From the NCBI GenBank assembly GCA_965267575.1, contig OZ254086.1, forward strand, positions 928,001-992,000: 64,000 nucleotides of DNA, read 5' to 3'. The notes below the pieces were generated by a model. It made no database searches and was not told the origin of the DNA. It worked only from the letters and a program-made list of their open reading frames with translations. This document shows positions 9,326 to 19,871 of the stretch, piece after piece. Origin of the DNA: Calditrichales bacterium (lineage in GTDB: Bacteria > Calditrichota > Calditrichia > Calditrichales > J004). How positions within the stretch are numbered: position 1 is the stretch's first letter; the number at the start of each line of letters is the position of its first letter. The translations under genes and the position numbers were made by a program.

Positions 9326-10171
9326 ATGTTGCGTAAAACGATTCGTCTCAGGAATCCGCACGGTGAAGAGATGCATGTGGACATCAAACACCGCGAAGAT
9401 GTAAAGGATACGCCCGCTATTATTATACTTCATGGTTTTAAAGGTTTTAAGGATTGGGGATTTTTCCCGGAGGTTGGCGAGCGCCTGGCCGAGGCCGGCT
9501 ATGTGGCCGTTACCCCAAACTTCTCCCGCAACGGCATTGGTTTTGATATTAGCAAGTTTGATCGTCTTGACCTGTTTGCCAAAAATACGATCAGCCACGA
9601 GCTGCAAGACGTTAGAACGGTATTGGACGCCATCAAGGACGGAACGATCGCCCGAAAGGTCGCGGACATAAATCGAATCGGCCTGCTGGGACACAGCCGC
9701 GGTGGTGGTACGGCGCTTCTGGCCGCCCGCGAATGGTCCAACGAGATTGAGTGCCTGGTAACCTGGGCGTCGGTAAGCAGCTTTTTTCGGTTCAGCGATG
9801 AACAAATCGAACAATGGAAAAAGAAGGGCGTGGTTGAGATTGAAAATGCCCGCACCGGTCAGATGATGCCAATAGAAAAAAGCTTTTGGGAAGACCTGGA
9901 GAAAAACAAAAAGAAATTTGACCTTCACGCCGCGGCAGAAGAGCTAGAGATGCCGGCGTTATTCGTTCATGGCGACCAGGACACTTCCGTTTCCCCGGCG
10001 GAAAGTGAACAGCTGCATGAAAAATGCGGATCGTATGTTAAGCGCCTGGAGATCATTGAGGAAGCCGACCATACGTTTGGCATAAAGCATCCCATGGAAC
10101 GCACCTCGGTGCAGTTTGACAACCTGACCAGTATCACCGAAAACTGGTACGACAACTATCTGAATATTTAA
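9326..10171 (+). CDS. Alpha/beta hydrolase
   Basis: HGFKGFKDWG, GHSRGG nucleophile, HGDQD, DHTF. Confidence 0.9.
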   Translation: MLRKTIRLRNPHGEEMHVDIKHREDVKDTPAIIILHGFKGFKDWGFFPEVGERLAEAGYVAVTPNFSRNGIGFDISKFDRLDLFAKNTISHELQDVRTVLDAIKDGTIARKVADINRIGLLGHSRGGGTALLAAREWSNEIECLVTWASVSSFFRFSDEQIEQWKKKGVVEIENARTGQMMPIEKSFWEDLEKNKKKFDLHAAAEELEMPALFVHGDQDTSVSPAESEQLHEKCGSYVKRLEIIEEADHTFGIKHPMERTSVQFDNLTSITENWYDNYLNI

Positions 10172-10188
10172 AACAGAGAAGCAATTCT

Positions 10189-11037
10189 ATGCAGATCGGA
10201 CCTTACCAAATCAGTACCATCGAAACAGGATATGTAAGCCTGGACGGAGGCGCCATGTTCGGTGTGGTGCCCAAGCCGTTGTGGAGCAAAAGCAATCCCG
10301 CCGATGACAAAAACCGTATCATCCTGGCCATGCGTTCGCTTGTTATCCGCTGGAACGACCGGGTGATGATCACCGATACCGGCGTTGGCAAAAAGATGAA
10401 CGAAAAACTGAGCATGATCTACAACGTTGACCACGAAAAATACGATCTGCCCGGCAGCCTGGAAAAAGCCGGTCTGAAATCTGAAGAGGTCAGCGATGTG
10501 TTTTTGACGCACCTGCACTTTGATCATACGGGCGGCACCACCTGGCTGGATGAAAACGACGCGTTGCAACTCACTTTTCCAAACGCGACACACCATATCC
10601 AGAAGGAACACTGGCAATGGGCCAATAATCCCAGCGTGCGCGATGGCGCCAGTTTTATGAAGGAAAACTTTGTCCCGGTTAAGGAGCATGGAAAGCTTAA
10701 CCTGATTGACGGACCGGGGACTTTTGAGCCGGGCATGGAGATATTTGTCTTGCAGGGACACACACCTTCCATGCAGACACTGAAAATCAGCGATGGTAAA
10801 AAAACGCTGTTTTACTGTGCCGACTTAATGCCCACGGCTACACACATTCCGCTGCCCTACATTATGGGCTATGACCTGCAACCGATGAGTACCCTGGAAG
10901 AGAAGAAAAATGTTCTGCCACAGGCAGTGGATGAAGAGTGGCTGCTCGTTTTTGAGCACGATCCTTATCATGTAGCAGGGAAAGTAGAAAAAACGGAAAA
11001 GGGCTATTCTCTGGGCGAAGAGATAAAAGAGATCTGA
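10189..11037 (+). CDS. MBL-fold metallo-hydrolase (YtnP-like)
   Basis: LDGGAMFGVVPK, THLHFDH, GHT, FEHD. Confidence 0.9.
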   Translation: MQIGPYQISTIETGYVSLDGGAMFGVVPKPLWSKSNPADDKNRIILAMRSLVIRWNDRVMITDTGVGKKMNEKLSMIYNVDHEKYDLPGSLEKAGLKSEEVSDVFLTHLHFDHTGGTTWLDENDALQLTFPNATHHIQKEHWQWANNPSVRDGASFMKENFVPVKEHGKLNLIDGPGTFEPGMEIFVLQGHTPSMQTLKISDGKKTLFYCADLMPTATHIPLPYIMGYDLQPMSTLEEKKNVLPQAVDEEWLLVFEHDPYHVAGKVEKTEKGYSLGEEIKEI

Positions 11038-12251
11038 TCCGGGCCGTTTTGCTCCTCATCATCGTCGTCATTTGCGGCCAGCGGCAGATCGCTTTTGCTG
11101 CGGATTGAGTCGATTTGCTGTAAAGGCTTTTCAAGTTTGTTGCTGCGGGTTGTCATCAGCCGGTTAAATTCTTTCTGCGCTTCATCGATGCGCCGGCCCA
11201 TCCTGTCCATACCCTCCTTGTACAATCCCCACTGCTTATTAAATTCCGCCAGCAGGTTCATGATCTGCGCCGCAGTCTTTTCCAGGTTGAAATTCTCCAC
11301 CGCCTGGCGGATAATAGCGAGAACAGCATAAAGCGTCAGCGGCGAGCAGAGTATCACTTTCATGCGCATTGCTTCATCCAGCAGGTCGCGGTCGCTCTCA
11401 TTGATAAAGGCATAAACCTGTTCATTGGGGATAAATACCAGCACATAGTCCACAGTATTGTCGGCCGGATTGATGTAATCACGCGAGGTAACCTCTTTGA
11501 CCCGCTGGCGCACATCGCGCAGAAACTGTCCCTTGTAACTTTGGCGTTCACTGTCCGATCCTGCGGAGAGATACTGCAGATAGTTGTTCAGCGGAAACTT
11601 TACGTCCATGTTAACTTTCATATCCTGCGGTAATAAAAAGGTGAAGTCGGGACGCGTGGTGGCGCTTTGTGCGCTTTTCTGCTTGAGGTAGTTGATCCCT
11701 TCGACAAAGCCGGCCATGCGCAGGACGTCTTCGGCCATGCGTTCGCCCCATTGGCCGCGAGCACGGGAGTTGCTCAACGCGCTGTTCAGTTTTTGCGCTG
11801 TTTCCTGCAGCTTGCGCGTCTGGTCCACCGAATTTTTCAGTTGCTCGCTTAATTGACCGTAGCTCTGGCGCCGTTCACGTTCAATCCGGCCCATCAGCTC
11901 TTCAACCTTGTTTAGTTCGCCTTTCATCGAATTCAGCGTCTGATCGATCAGCTGCTTTTTATTGGCCAGATTATCTTCGCTGCGCCGCGACTGCTCTAAA
12001 AATTTCTGGTTGGCCAGTTTTAAAAACTCATCCGTGGATTTGCTCAGCGCCTGCATCGACAGGTTGCCGAACGATTCGCGCAATTGGCCGACAAGCTTTT
12101 CCAGCTCCTGCACTTTTTCAAACTGAGACTGGCGGTTCAGCTCACGGGCCAGATCTTCGGCGGATTTTTGCTGACGCAGCATGAACACATAGATCAGGCT
12201 GGCACCAATAATAAAGCCGGAGACAAATAAAACGATCTCCAAAAAAGGCAT
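11004..12251 (-). CDS. rmuC: DNA recombination protein RmuC
   Basis: N-terminal TM + coiled coil; RGQWGE, RPD, DVKFPL, VFIPNE. Confidence 0.93.
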   Translation of the reverse strand: MPFLEIVLFVSGFIIGASLIYVFMLRQQKSAEDLARELNRQSQFEKVQELEKLVGQLRESFGNLSMQALSKSTDEFLKLANQKFLEQSRRSEDNLANKKQLIDQTLNSMKGELNKVEELMGRIERERRQSYGQLSEQLKNSVDQTRKLQETAQKLNSALSNSRARGQWGERMAEDVLRMAGFVEGINYLKQKSAQSATTRPDFTFLLPQDMKVNMDVKFPLNNYLQYLSAGSDSERQSYKGQFLRDVRQRVKEVTSRDYINPADNTVDYVLVFIPNEQVYAFINESDRDLLDEAMRMKVILCSPLTLYAVLAIIRQAVENFNLEKTAAQIMNLLAEFNKQWGLYKEGMDRMGRRIDEAQKEFNRLMTTRSNKLEKPLQQIDSIRSKSDLPLAANDDDDEEQNGPDQISFISSPRE

Positions 12252-12304
12252 TAAATACTCCTTGATGTGACGGGGAATAAAGTAAGCTTAAAATAACTGC
12301 GAGG

Positions 12305-13546
12305 CTAATCTTCGTCGGGATAGCGCTGCTGTATCGATCTTATAACATCAATGATGTCCATAAAAACCTCCACCAGCTCAGGGTCAAACTGGCTGCCGGC
12401 GCCTTCCTCAATTGCCTCCAGGACTTTGGATTCATCCCAGGCTTCTTTGTAAACGCGCTTTGAGGAGAGCGCGTCATAAACGTCGGCCAACGCAACGATG
12501 CGGCCAAACAGGGGAATCTCGTCGCCTTTCTTTCCCAAAGGCCGGCCTTCTTCACCCTCATGGCCATCCAGCGCGTCACCCGTGGCCAGGTCCACATGCC
12601 CGGGATAGCCCTTTCCGTCCCAGCGCTCATGATGGTTCAGCGCCACCTCTTCGGCAATCTCGTCAAACTCCGAGCGTGCGCCCTTAAAAAGCCGCGCGCC
12701 AAGAACGGTATGCTGCTTCATTTTTTCATATTCGTCATCCGTGAACTTGCCGGGCTTTTTAAGAATCAGATCGGAGATGGCCACTTTGCCCACGTCGTGC
12801 AACATGGCGGCCATACGTAAGGCGTCACGCTGGGAGTCGATTTCTTCTTTGGGGATGCCTTTGCGCTTGGCGTAAGCTTCGTATATCTCCAGTGCATACG
12901 CAGCCACGCGGTTTACGTGGGCGCCTGTCTCCTTGGGATCGCGCAGCTCGGCCATGCTTATCATGCGCATGATTGTGGTACGGGTCAGTTGCGCCCGTTC
13001 TATAGCATTGGCCGCGTAATTGGCAAAGTGCTGGATCAGCGGTTCGTCATCTTCGCTGAAGGGGATGATATTGCCGTTGTCATCCTGGGCGTTAATTAGC
13101 TGAAGAACACCTATGATTTGTCCGCGGGTATTTTTTAGAGGCACTGCCAGCATCGATTGCGTGTGATAGCCGCTGAGCTTGTCAAAACTGCCGTCAAAGG
13201 AAAAGGGCAGCGCCGAGGAGATCTTGTAGGCATCAGGGATGTTTACGGTGGAGCCGTTTTTGGCCACAAAGCCGGCAATTGACTTATTGCTGATCGGCAT
13301 GGAAAAAGTTGTATAGATCAGCTTTTTGTTGGGTCCCAGCTTGGCGCGCAGGGTTTCGTTTTGAGAATAGCTAAACTTAAGTTTATTGTCCTCGCGGATG
13401 TAAATAGAGCCGGCGTCCGCATTGGCCAGCTCACGGGCATCGCTGAGAATTTTCTCCAAAAGGACGTCGAGGTCACCAACCTGGTTGACTTCCAGCCCCA
13501 GTTGAATAAGCTTTGATAGTTTCTGCTTGCGATCCAATACGTGCAT
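12305..13546 (-). CDS. GAF + HD-GYP cyclic-dinucleotide phosphodiesterase
   Basis: GAF (DAGSIY, SMLAVPL, GVLQLIN); HDVGK, HHERWDGKGYP, ADVYDAL. Confidence 0.93.
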   Translation of the reverse strand: MHVLDRKQKLSKLIQLGLEVNQVGDLDVLLEKILSDARELANADAGSIYIREDNKLKFSYSQNETLRAKLGPNKKLIYTTFSMPISNKSIAGFVAKNGSTVNIPDAYKISSALPFSFDGSFDKLSGYHTQSMLAVPLKNTRGQIIGVLQLINAQDDNGNIIPFSEDDEPLIQHFANYAANAIERAQLTRTTIMRMISMAELRDPKETGAHVNRVAAYALEIYEAYAKRKGIPKEEIDSQRDALRMAAMLHDVGKVAISDLILKKPGKFTDDEYEKMKQHTVLGARLFKGARSEFDEIAEEVALNHHERWDGKGYPGHVDLATGDALDGHEGEEGRPLGKKGDEIPLFGRIVALADVYDALSSKRVYKEAWDESKVLEAIEEGAGSQFDPELVEVFMDIIDVIRSIQQRYPDED

Positions 13547-13635
13547 TGGTGCCGTCCTTGTTTTCCCACAGAAGTCATCGGATAGATAAAAAAATATATA
13601 AAAAGTATAGCTAAAAAATATGATGCAATAAACAG

Positions 13636-13664
13636 TTGACAGAAAAAAAACGCCTCAGTATATT
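13636..13664 (+). promoter_or_regulatory. Sigma70 promoter for tRNA-Asp
   Basis: TTGACA-N17-TATATT, 30 bp upstream of the tRNA. Confidence 0.8.
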
Positions 13665-13694
13665 AGGTGCTCGCTTACGGAAATTTATAGAATT

Positions 13695-13768
13695 GGTCCG
13701 GTAGTTCAATTGGTTAGAGCACCTGCCTGTCACGCAGGAAGTTGCGAGTTCGAGTCTCGTCCGGACCG
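13695..13768 (+). tRNA. tRNA-Asp(GTC)
   Basis: Acceptor GGTCCGG/CCGGACC, anticodon arm CCTGC-CTGTCAC-GCAGG, T-loop TTCGAGT; CCA not encoded. Confidence 0.97.
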
Positions 13769-13778
13769 CTCTAATTTT

Positions 13779-13810
13779 AAGGGAGTCTGATTCAGGCTCC
13801 CTTTTTTATT
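13779..13810 (+). terminator. Intrinsic terminator after tRNA-Asp
   Basis: AAGGGAGTCTG-ATT-CAGGCTCCCTT followed by a T-run. Confidence 0.85.
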
Positions 13811-13822
13811 TCTGCCACCCGG

Positions 13823-13876
13823 CAATTGGTCAGAGCATCCCGACCCGTCGGGAAAGTGGCCAGGTCGAGTCTAGTC
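13823..13876 (+). pseudogene. tRNA-Asp-derived remnant with the anticodon arm replaced by a palindrome
   Basis: D-arm part 14/15 and variable/T-arm part 19/23 identical to the adjacent tRNA (counted by eye); anticodon arm replaced by TCCCGAC-CC-GTCGGGA. Confidence 0.75.
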
Positions 13877-14145
13877 TATTAAACCCAGTAAAACACCCAA
13901 AAGCCTTAGTGACCTGCGTAAAAAATCATGAAAAATCATAATCGCAAATTCTGCAGAAATTTTGGCTGATTCGGTTAATTATCCACCGTCCTAAAATCGG
14001 GAAAACGACATCTTTTCACAGGTTTAAAACACTGATTTTCGATTTTGCGGCAAAACGTTATATATTGCTGCTTATTCCACCTACTCAAAACAACGCTTAT
14101 TACAATTATCTTGATGACTAATAATAAGACGGAGGTTTTGTCAAA

Positions 14146-17100
14146 ATGGGGTATGTCGTTATTCTCTTATTCTGTGTCTTTTCTTCCCTTTTTGCTGCGC
14201 GAGCTGTAGAAAATAAAAATCTTCGTTCAAATAGTGACATAAAATTAGATACCCATACTACTTCCAAAACAAATAAAAATATACGCATAAGAGCAAAACG
14301 GCTCATCCCGGAGAAAGGACCAACACCACAGAATGTTTTACAAATGGTCCAGGATAAAAAAGGGTATTTATGGTTCGGAACGCCACATGGGCTTTTAAAA
14401 TATGATGGTTATACAATCACTAAATATCTTCACGATCCGGATAATCCAAATAGTATAAGTGATAACTTTATTAATTCAATGATTGTTAGCAGAAGTGGTG
14501 ATCTGTGGATTGGAACGCAAAATGGACTAAATAGATACGATTCAGAAAATAATAACTTCACTTCATATTATCCTGGTTCAAAAAACAGCAAAAGTTTAGA
14601 TAATTTGATTCATTTAATATTTGAAGACAACAATGGTCTCTTTTGGATTGGTACTCAGGGAGGAATATATCAATTCTTTCCCAAAGGAGGGGTTTTTAAT
14701 CGTTCTCTTTTTCGCGGACGGGCAATAGCTGAGGGTAAAACAGGTATCTTATGGTTTGGTGGTGATGAAGGCTTAAGCAAATATGAGCGGAAAAACAAAA
14801 AATACCACCATTATTTGCCCGAACCTGATACTTCTGAACTCAACAATAATCATGTTTGGACTTTATTTGTTGACAAAAAGGATGTTTTGTGGGTTGGGAC
14901 GCGCTCGGGCTTATTGCGTTTAGAAAAAGACGATTTTGGAAATGAAAAATTTATTAGGGCTACACCTAAAAACAATAGATTATATAATTATCCAACCAAT
15001 ATTGTACAATCCATTTATGAAGACAATAAGGGAATAATGTGGTTCCCAAGCGGTACTGGACTTTATCGATATGATAGAAAATCAGATAAAAAACCGAAAA
15101 AGATTGAACTAGAGTTTGATAGCGCCCAGGCAAACGAATCAATCTTATGGGAATCGGTCTTATGGACTGTTTTGGAAGATAATGCGGGGAATTTCTGGAT
15201 TGCAACAAATAAAGGGGTATACAAAGCTGATAAAAAATATCCACATATTGCCAGTTATGATCCTGAAGCTGAAAATAAAAACAGTCTGAGTAATAGCAGA
15301 GTCACTGATATTGTTGAAGACAGGGATGGTATATTATGGATCGGAACGAATGATGGTTTGAATAGATTTGACCGTAGGAGAAATGAATGGAAACACTTTT
15401 TTTCCGAACCAGGTAATTCCAATAGTTTATCATTTAACTATATAACATGCCTCGGCATTGACTCGTCTGATTATATCTGGGTTGGTACCTATAATGGAGG
15501 ATTAAATCGTTTTGATCCTCAAAAAAATGAATGGAAACAGTATGGTGCAAGAAATGACCCTGACGGTGAGATTTACTACTGGATTCATTCTATTAATGTC
15601 AGCAGAGATAATACTCTCTGGGTTGGTACATGGCATGGGGTTTTAAACAAATATGATCGTCAAAAAGATACTTTTGTTCAATATAAATATAATCCAAAAG
15701 ACACAAACTCGATAAGTAAGGCAGCAGCCATACAAGTTATTTTTGAGGATTCATTTGGGATACTTTGGTTGGGAACACATGCTGGGATTCTAAATAGTTT
15801 TGATCCGGTCCGAAATGAATTTAAGTATTATCAAAATGAATCGGGAAATTCAAAAAGTCTGAGTAATAACTCTATTGATGTTTTATATGAAGACAGTAAT
15901 AAAATGCTTTGGATTGGAACACGCAATGGATTAAACCGACTGGATTTGAATGAGCTCAATGAAGGAAATAATAAGCCGGAATTTGACCGCTTTCTTAAGG
16001 GTACTTGGGTTAGCGGGATTCTGGAAGACGATGAAGGGCATATCTGGATTAATTCTGGATTAAATGATTTAAAATTTTCAAAGCTAAATCCAAAAACAGG
16101 ACTTTTCATAGACTACAGTTATCTTTTTGAAAGTCCGCCGCAATTATTTTATAAAAGTAAAACTAGCGGTGAATTTTTTGCTGGGGGTAAAGGATTAAAA
16201 ATATTTCATCCTTTTAAAATAGAAAAAGATCAATTTAACGCGAATGTAGTATTTGCTGATTTTCAAATTTTTAATAAATCGGTCTCTGTCGCAGGTAACA
16301 TGTTAAAACGAGACATCAGAAGTGAAACTGAATACGTACTGGAAAAGACGTTAGATGCCACAAAAAAAATAGTATTATCTCACAAAGAAAGGGTTTTCGC
16401 TTTTGAATTTGCTGCTCTTCACTATTCGGATCCGGCAAAGAACCAATATGCTTATAAACTGGAGGGCTTTGATAAAGAGTGGAATTACATAGGAACACGG
16501 CGATATGTCTCATTCAATAATATACCTGCCGGAGAATATATATTCCGGGTAAAAGCATCAAACAACGAAGGTGTTTGGAACGAAAAAGGCACATCTGTTA
16601 AGATTATAATTACGCCCCCCTGGTGGAAAACCTGGTGGGCATACAGTTTGTATATTCTAACTCTCATTGGTCTGTTTTTTAGTATTCGTAGCTATGAACT
16701 TAACCGTCAAAGACTTAAACATAATTTGGAACTTGAACACCTTGAAGCCGAAAAACTCAAGGAAGTAGATAATTTAAAATCCCGCTTCTTTGCCAGTATC
16801 TCTCATGAATTCAGGACACCGCTTACCCTGATTAAAGGCCCTGTTGAAAGGTTGTTAAAACAGATCTGGAATAAAGATCAAAAGACCGATTTAAAACGTA
16901 TTTATGATAATGCAAAACGCATGAATAAACTGGTAGAGATGTACCTGGATCTGTCACGTTTGGAGAGCGGCAATCTGTCTTTACAAAAAGAAGAGTGCGA
17001 CATTGTTCCATTAACTAAATCCATTGCTGCGTCTTTCGAATCTATGGCAGAAGCCGCACAGATTAAGCTTGATTCAGATGCATATGTTGCTTCGGCCATT

Positions 17101-18303
17101 TGTTCAGTGGATGTGCAAAAATTTGAAATGATCTTAATTAATTTACTTTCAAACGCCATAAAATTTACACGGGAAGGTGGCTCAATTAATCTATTAATTG
17201 CTTCTCATCATGATAATGAAATCGCTATAGATATCTCTGACAGCGGAATAGGAATCGCTCCTGAGCAGCTTAACCGCATTTTCGAAATGTATTACCAGGT
17301 AGAAAATGATATCAATAAAAAAGTAAGTGGAACAGGAATTGGATTAGCAATGGCCAGGGAGTTAATTCAAATGCATGATGGTAAAATTGAAGTTGAAAGC
17401 TCTCCCGGTCAAGGGACTAAATTTAAAATAAGACTCCCGGCCATCCGGACTGATAAAGTTCCTTTTGATCAGCCCGTGAACAGCGGCCAAAAGTCAGTTA
17501 AACCAGGAAAAGCAGAGTCCCAAAAAGCCGATACGAAAATAAGATCAGATAAAGAGCTGATTTTAATCGTGGAAGATAACCATCAAATGTGTGAATATAT
17601 AAAAAGTCATTTGGAAAATGACTATCGGACAAAACTTGCAAATAATGGTAAGAATGGACTTGCAGCTGCACTAAAAATAAATCCGGCTTTAATAATAAGT
17701 GATGTTATGATGCCGGAAATGGATGGATATCAGTTATGCCGGGAATTAAAGACGAATGAGCTGACAAGCCATATCCCGGTTATCTTGTTGACAGCCAAAG
17801 CAGAAAAGAAAGACAAATTCGCCGGCCTTCAGATAGGTGCCGACGATTATTTAGTTAAACCCTTTGATTCGCAGGAATTACAACTACGAGTAAAAAACCT
17901 TATTGAGCAACGCCGGAGGCTGCGTGAAAAATTCATGAAGACCATAACAGTAAATCCTACAGAAATTGCGGTATCTTCTGCGGATGAAGTTTTTCTGCAA
18001 AAAGTAATTCATATTGTGGAAGAAAACATGGAAAACAGCGCCTTTGATACGGCCAGTTTTGCCAAAGCAAGCGCTTTGAGCCGGGGACACCTCAATACGA
18101 AATTAAAAGCACTAACCGGTCTTGCCAGCCATGAATTTATCCGCCAAATACGCCTAAAAAGGGCTGCCCAGCTTCTTAAGAAAAAAGCCGGTAATATTTC
18201 TGAAATAGCCTACCAGGTTGGATTTAACAGCCCGTCCCACTTCTCAAAGGCATTTAAAGGTACATTTGGAACCCTGCCAAGCGAATATGAGGCAGGTGCT
18301 TAA
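14146..18303 (+). CDS. Hybrid two-component system (Reg_prop propeller, Y_Y_Y, HisKA, HATPase, REC, AraC)
   Basis: Repeated LWIGT..GL, YKLEGFDKEW, PPWWKTWWAY, SHEFRTPL, GTGIGL, SDVMMP, EIAYQVGFNSPSHFSKAFK. Confidence 0.95.
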   Translation: MGYVVILLFCVFSSLFAARAVENKNLRSNSDIKLDTHTTSKTNKNIRIRAKRLIPEKGPTPQNVLQMVQDKKGYLWFGTPHGLLKYDGYTITKYLHDPDNPNSISDNFINSMIVSRSGDLWIGTQNGLNRYDSENNNFTSYYPGSKNSKSLDNLIHLIFEDNNGLFWIGTQGGIYQFFPKGGVFNRSLFRGRAIAEGKTGILWFGGDEGLSKYERKNKKYHHYLPEPDTSELNNNHVWTLFVDKKDVLWVGTRSGLLRLEKDDFGNEKFIRATPKNNRLYNYPTNIVQSIYEDNKGIMWFPSGTGLYRYDRKSDKKPKKIELEFDSAQANESILWESVLWTVLEDNAGNFWIATNKGVYKADKKYPHIASYDPEAENKNSLSNSRVTDIVEDRDGILWIGTNDGLNRFDRRRNEWKHFFSEPGNSNSLSFNYITCLGIDSSDYIWVGTYNGGLNRFDPQKNEWKQYGARNDPDGEIYYWIHSINVSRDNTLWVGTWHGVLNKYDRQKDTFVQYKYNPKDTNSISKAAAIQVIFEDSFGILWLGTHAGILNSFDPVRNEFKYYQNESGNSKSLSNNSIDVLYEDSNKMLWIGTRNGLNRLDLNELNEGNNKPEFDRFLKGTWVSGILEDDEGHIWINSGLNDLKFSKLNPKTGLFIDYSYLFESPPQLFYKSKTSGEFFAGGKGLKIFHPFKIEKDQFNANVVFADFQIFNKSVSVAGNMLKRDIRSETEYVLEKTLDATKKIVLSHKERVFAFEFAALHYSDPAKNQYAYKLEGFDKEWNYIGTRRYVSFNNIPAGEYIFRVKASNNEGVWNEKGTSVKIIITPPWWKTWWAYSLYILTLIGLFFSIRSYELNRQRLKHNLELEHLEAEKLKEVDNLKSRFFASISHEFRTPLTLIKGPVERLLKQIWNKDQKTDLKRIYDNAKRMNKLVEMYLDLSRLESGNLSLQKEECDIVPLTKSIAASFESMAEAAQIKLDSDAYVASAICSVDVQKFEMILINLLSNAIKFTREGGSINLLIASHHDNEIAIDISDSGIGIAPEQLNRIFEMYYQVENDINKKVSGTGIGLAMARELIQMHDGKIEVESSPGQGTKFKIRLPAIRTDKVPFDQPVNSGQKSVKPGKAESQKADTKIRSDKELILIVEDNHQMCEYIKSHLENDYRTKLANNGKNGLAAALKINPALIISDVMMPEMDGYQLCRELKTNELTSHIPVILLTAKAEKKDKFAGLQIGADDYLVKPFDSQELQLRVKNLIEQRRRLREKFMKTITVNPTEIAVSSADEVFLQKVIHIVEENMENSAFDTASFAKASALSRGHLNTKLKALTGLASHEFIRQIRLKRAAQLLKKKAGNISEIAYQVGFNSPSHFSKAFKGTFGTLPSEYEAGA

Positions 18304-18324
18304 AAATACGCCTTAGAAACTAAG

Positions 18325-18387
18325 AATTCTTACGCCAGCGCTTAAAATTCCTACAACAGCGCTAACACTCCTTAAATTCACGCTCTA
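18325..18387 (+). promoter_or_regulatory. 21-bp-period direct repeats, putative HTCS/AraC operator
   Basis: AATTCTTACGCCAGCGCTTAA / AATTCCTACAACAGCGCTAAC (16/21) plus a weaker third unit. Confidence 0.55.
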
Positions 18388-18521
18388 TTATAAACACAAT
18401 TAAAAAGTGGATATAATCCTGGCTAAATCGGCCCGCAACCTGATTATGTATTCATTGTATTAACGTTCCGGCCAAAGGTTTTTCCAATTGTGTTATCTAA
18501 ACCAACCCGCGGAGGTGTCGT

Positions 18522-19871
18522 ATGGTACGCTTTTTTTACTTTTTAATCGCCGTTCTGTTTTTTTCTGCTTTGGGCAATACAAATTGTTTTGCCCAAAAAG
18601 AATGGTCCAGACATTCTGAGCCTGTGCTTGAAGGTGGTGATGTCAAAACCTGGAACCATCACCTGATGTGGGCAACTGTAATTTTTAATCCGGATGCCAT
18701 TCGTTATGAAATGTGGTTTACGGCAACTTCCGCGGAAACTGAAAGCTGGAGGCCTATGCATATCGGCTTTGCCACCTCTTTTGACGGTATATCCTGGACC
18801 GTGCACCCGGAGCCGGTTTTGGAACCCAGCGCGGAAGGATGGGATATGTGGACGGTTGAAGAGCCGGCCGTAATTAGGGAAAGACTGCCTAATGCCGTTA
18901 TATACAAAATGTGGTACAGCGCCAGCAGTGAGTTTGATGATGTCTTTAAAATCGGATACGCCACATCAACTGATGGGATAAATTGGGTAAAGGATACGCT
19001 AAATAATCCGGTAATGGTGCCCGGATCGGACGCCTGGCAAGTTCAGGGTTTTTCTTCGGCGTACGTAATAAAAGGTGAAGATGGCTATAAAATGTGGTAT
19101 ACAGGCTGGAGCAAAGATTGGGTTTTTTCAAACATCGGATATGCTACATCCGAAGACGGTATTAGCTGGATGCCTGACTCCGTAAACAACCCCGTAATAA
19201 AAAAAGGTAAAACCCTAAGTTGGGATGATGGAGCTGTTGGCGATCCTGTCGTAATCCTTATAGATACTGTATACCATATGTGGTTCTGCGGAAAAAGGCC
19301 AAACGAAGGTGGCCCCTGGCAAACGGGCTGGGCGACCTCGGATGATGGTATTCATTGGAAAAAATTCAATGACAGCACCACAACTACGCCTTCATATGCC
19401 GACAGCGATCCAGTATTAAAACGAGACGACGCGATTGGTAAATGGGATGAAAGGAATACTGTTCCAGGCACTGTTTTTTTTGATCAGGCAACAAAAACGT
19501 TTCGAATGTGGTATAACGGAAAAACAATTGGAGATACATGGAAAATAGGCTATGCCGAAACAATTGTTACAGATATTGAAGGAAACGATTTCACGTCTAT
19601 ACCGGGTGTCTTTTCTCTACAACAAAACTATCCCAATCCGTTCAACCCAACAACTACTATTTCTTACCAGCTACCCAAAATCAGCCGTGTAGATTTAAGT
19701 GTTTACAACCTTCTGGGACAAAAGGTGGCCACGCTTGTTAATAAAAAACAACCGGCGGGTAGTTATACGGTAGAGTTTGATGGTGGCAAATTGGCCAGTG
19801 GCGTCTATTATTATGTACTGGAGACAGATGCGGGTTTTAAGCAAAGCAGAAAATTATTGCTGCTAAAATAG
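18522..19871 (+). CDS. Secreted five-bladed beta-propeller glycosidase-like protein with T9SS-type CTD
   Basis: Signal peptide; repeated Y(K/H)MW(Y/F)...IG(Y/W)ATSxDGIxW...NPV; QNYPNPFNP...KLLLLK. Confidence 0.8.
   Translation: MVRFFYFLIAVLFFSALGNTNCFAQKEWSRHSEPVLEGGDVKTWNHHLMWATVIFNPDAIRYEMWFTATSAETESWRPMHIGFATSFDGISWTVHPEPVLEPSAEGWDMWTVEEPAVIRERLPNAVIYKMWYSASSEFDDVFKIGYATSTDGINWVKDTLNNPVMVPGSDAWQVQGFSSAYVIKGEDGYKMWYTGWSKDWVFSNIGYATSEDGISWMPDSVNNPVIKKGKTLSWDDGAVGDPVVILIDTVYHMWFCGKRPNEGGPWQTGWATSDDGIHWKKFNDSTTTTPSYADSDPVLKRDDAIGKWDERNTVPGTVFFDQATKTFRMWYNGKTIGDTWKIGYAETIVTDIEGNDFTSIPGVFSLQQNYPNPFNPTTTISYQLPKISRVDLSVYNLLGQKVATLVNKKQPAGSYTVEFDGGKLASGVYYYVLETDAGFKQSRKLLLLK

Noticed and set aside
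13823-13876. Second functional tRNA
   Set aside because: No acceptor stem, no 7-nt anticodon loop, T-arm mismatches.
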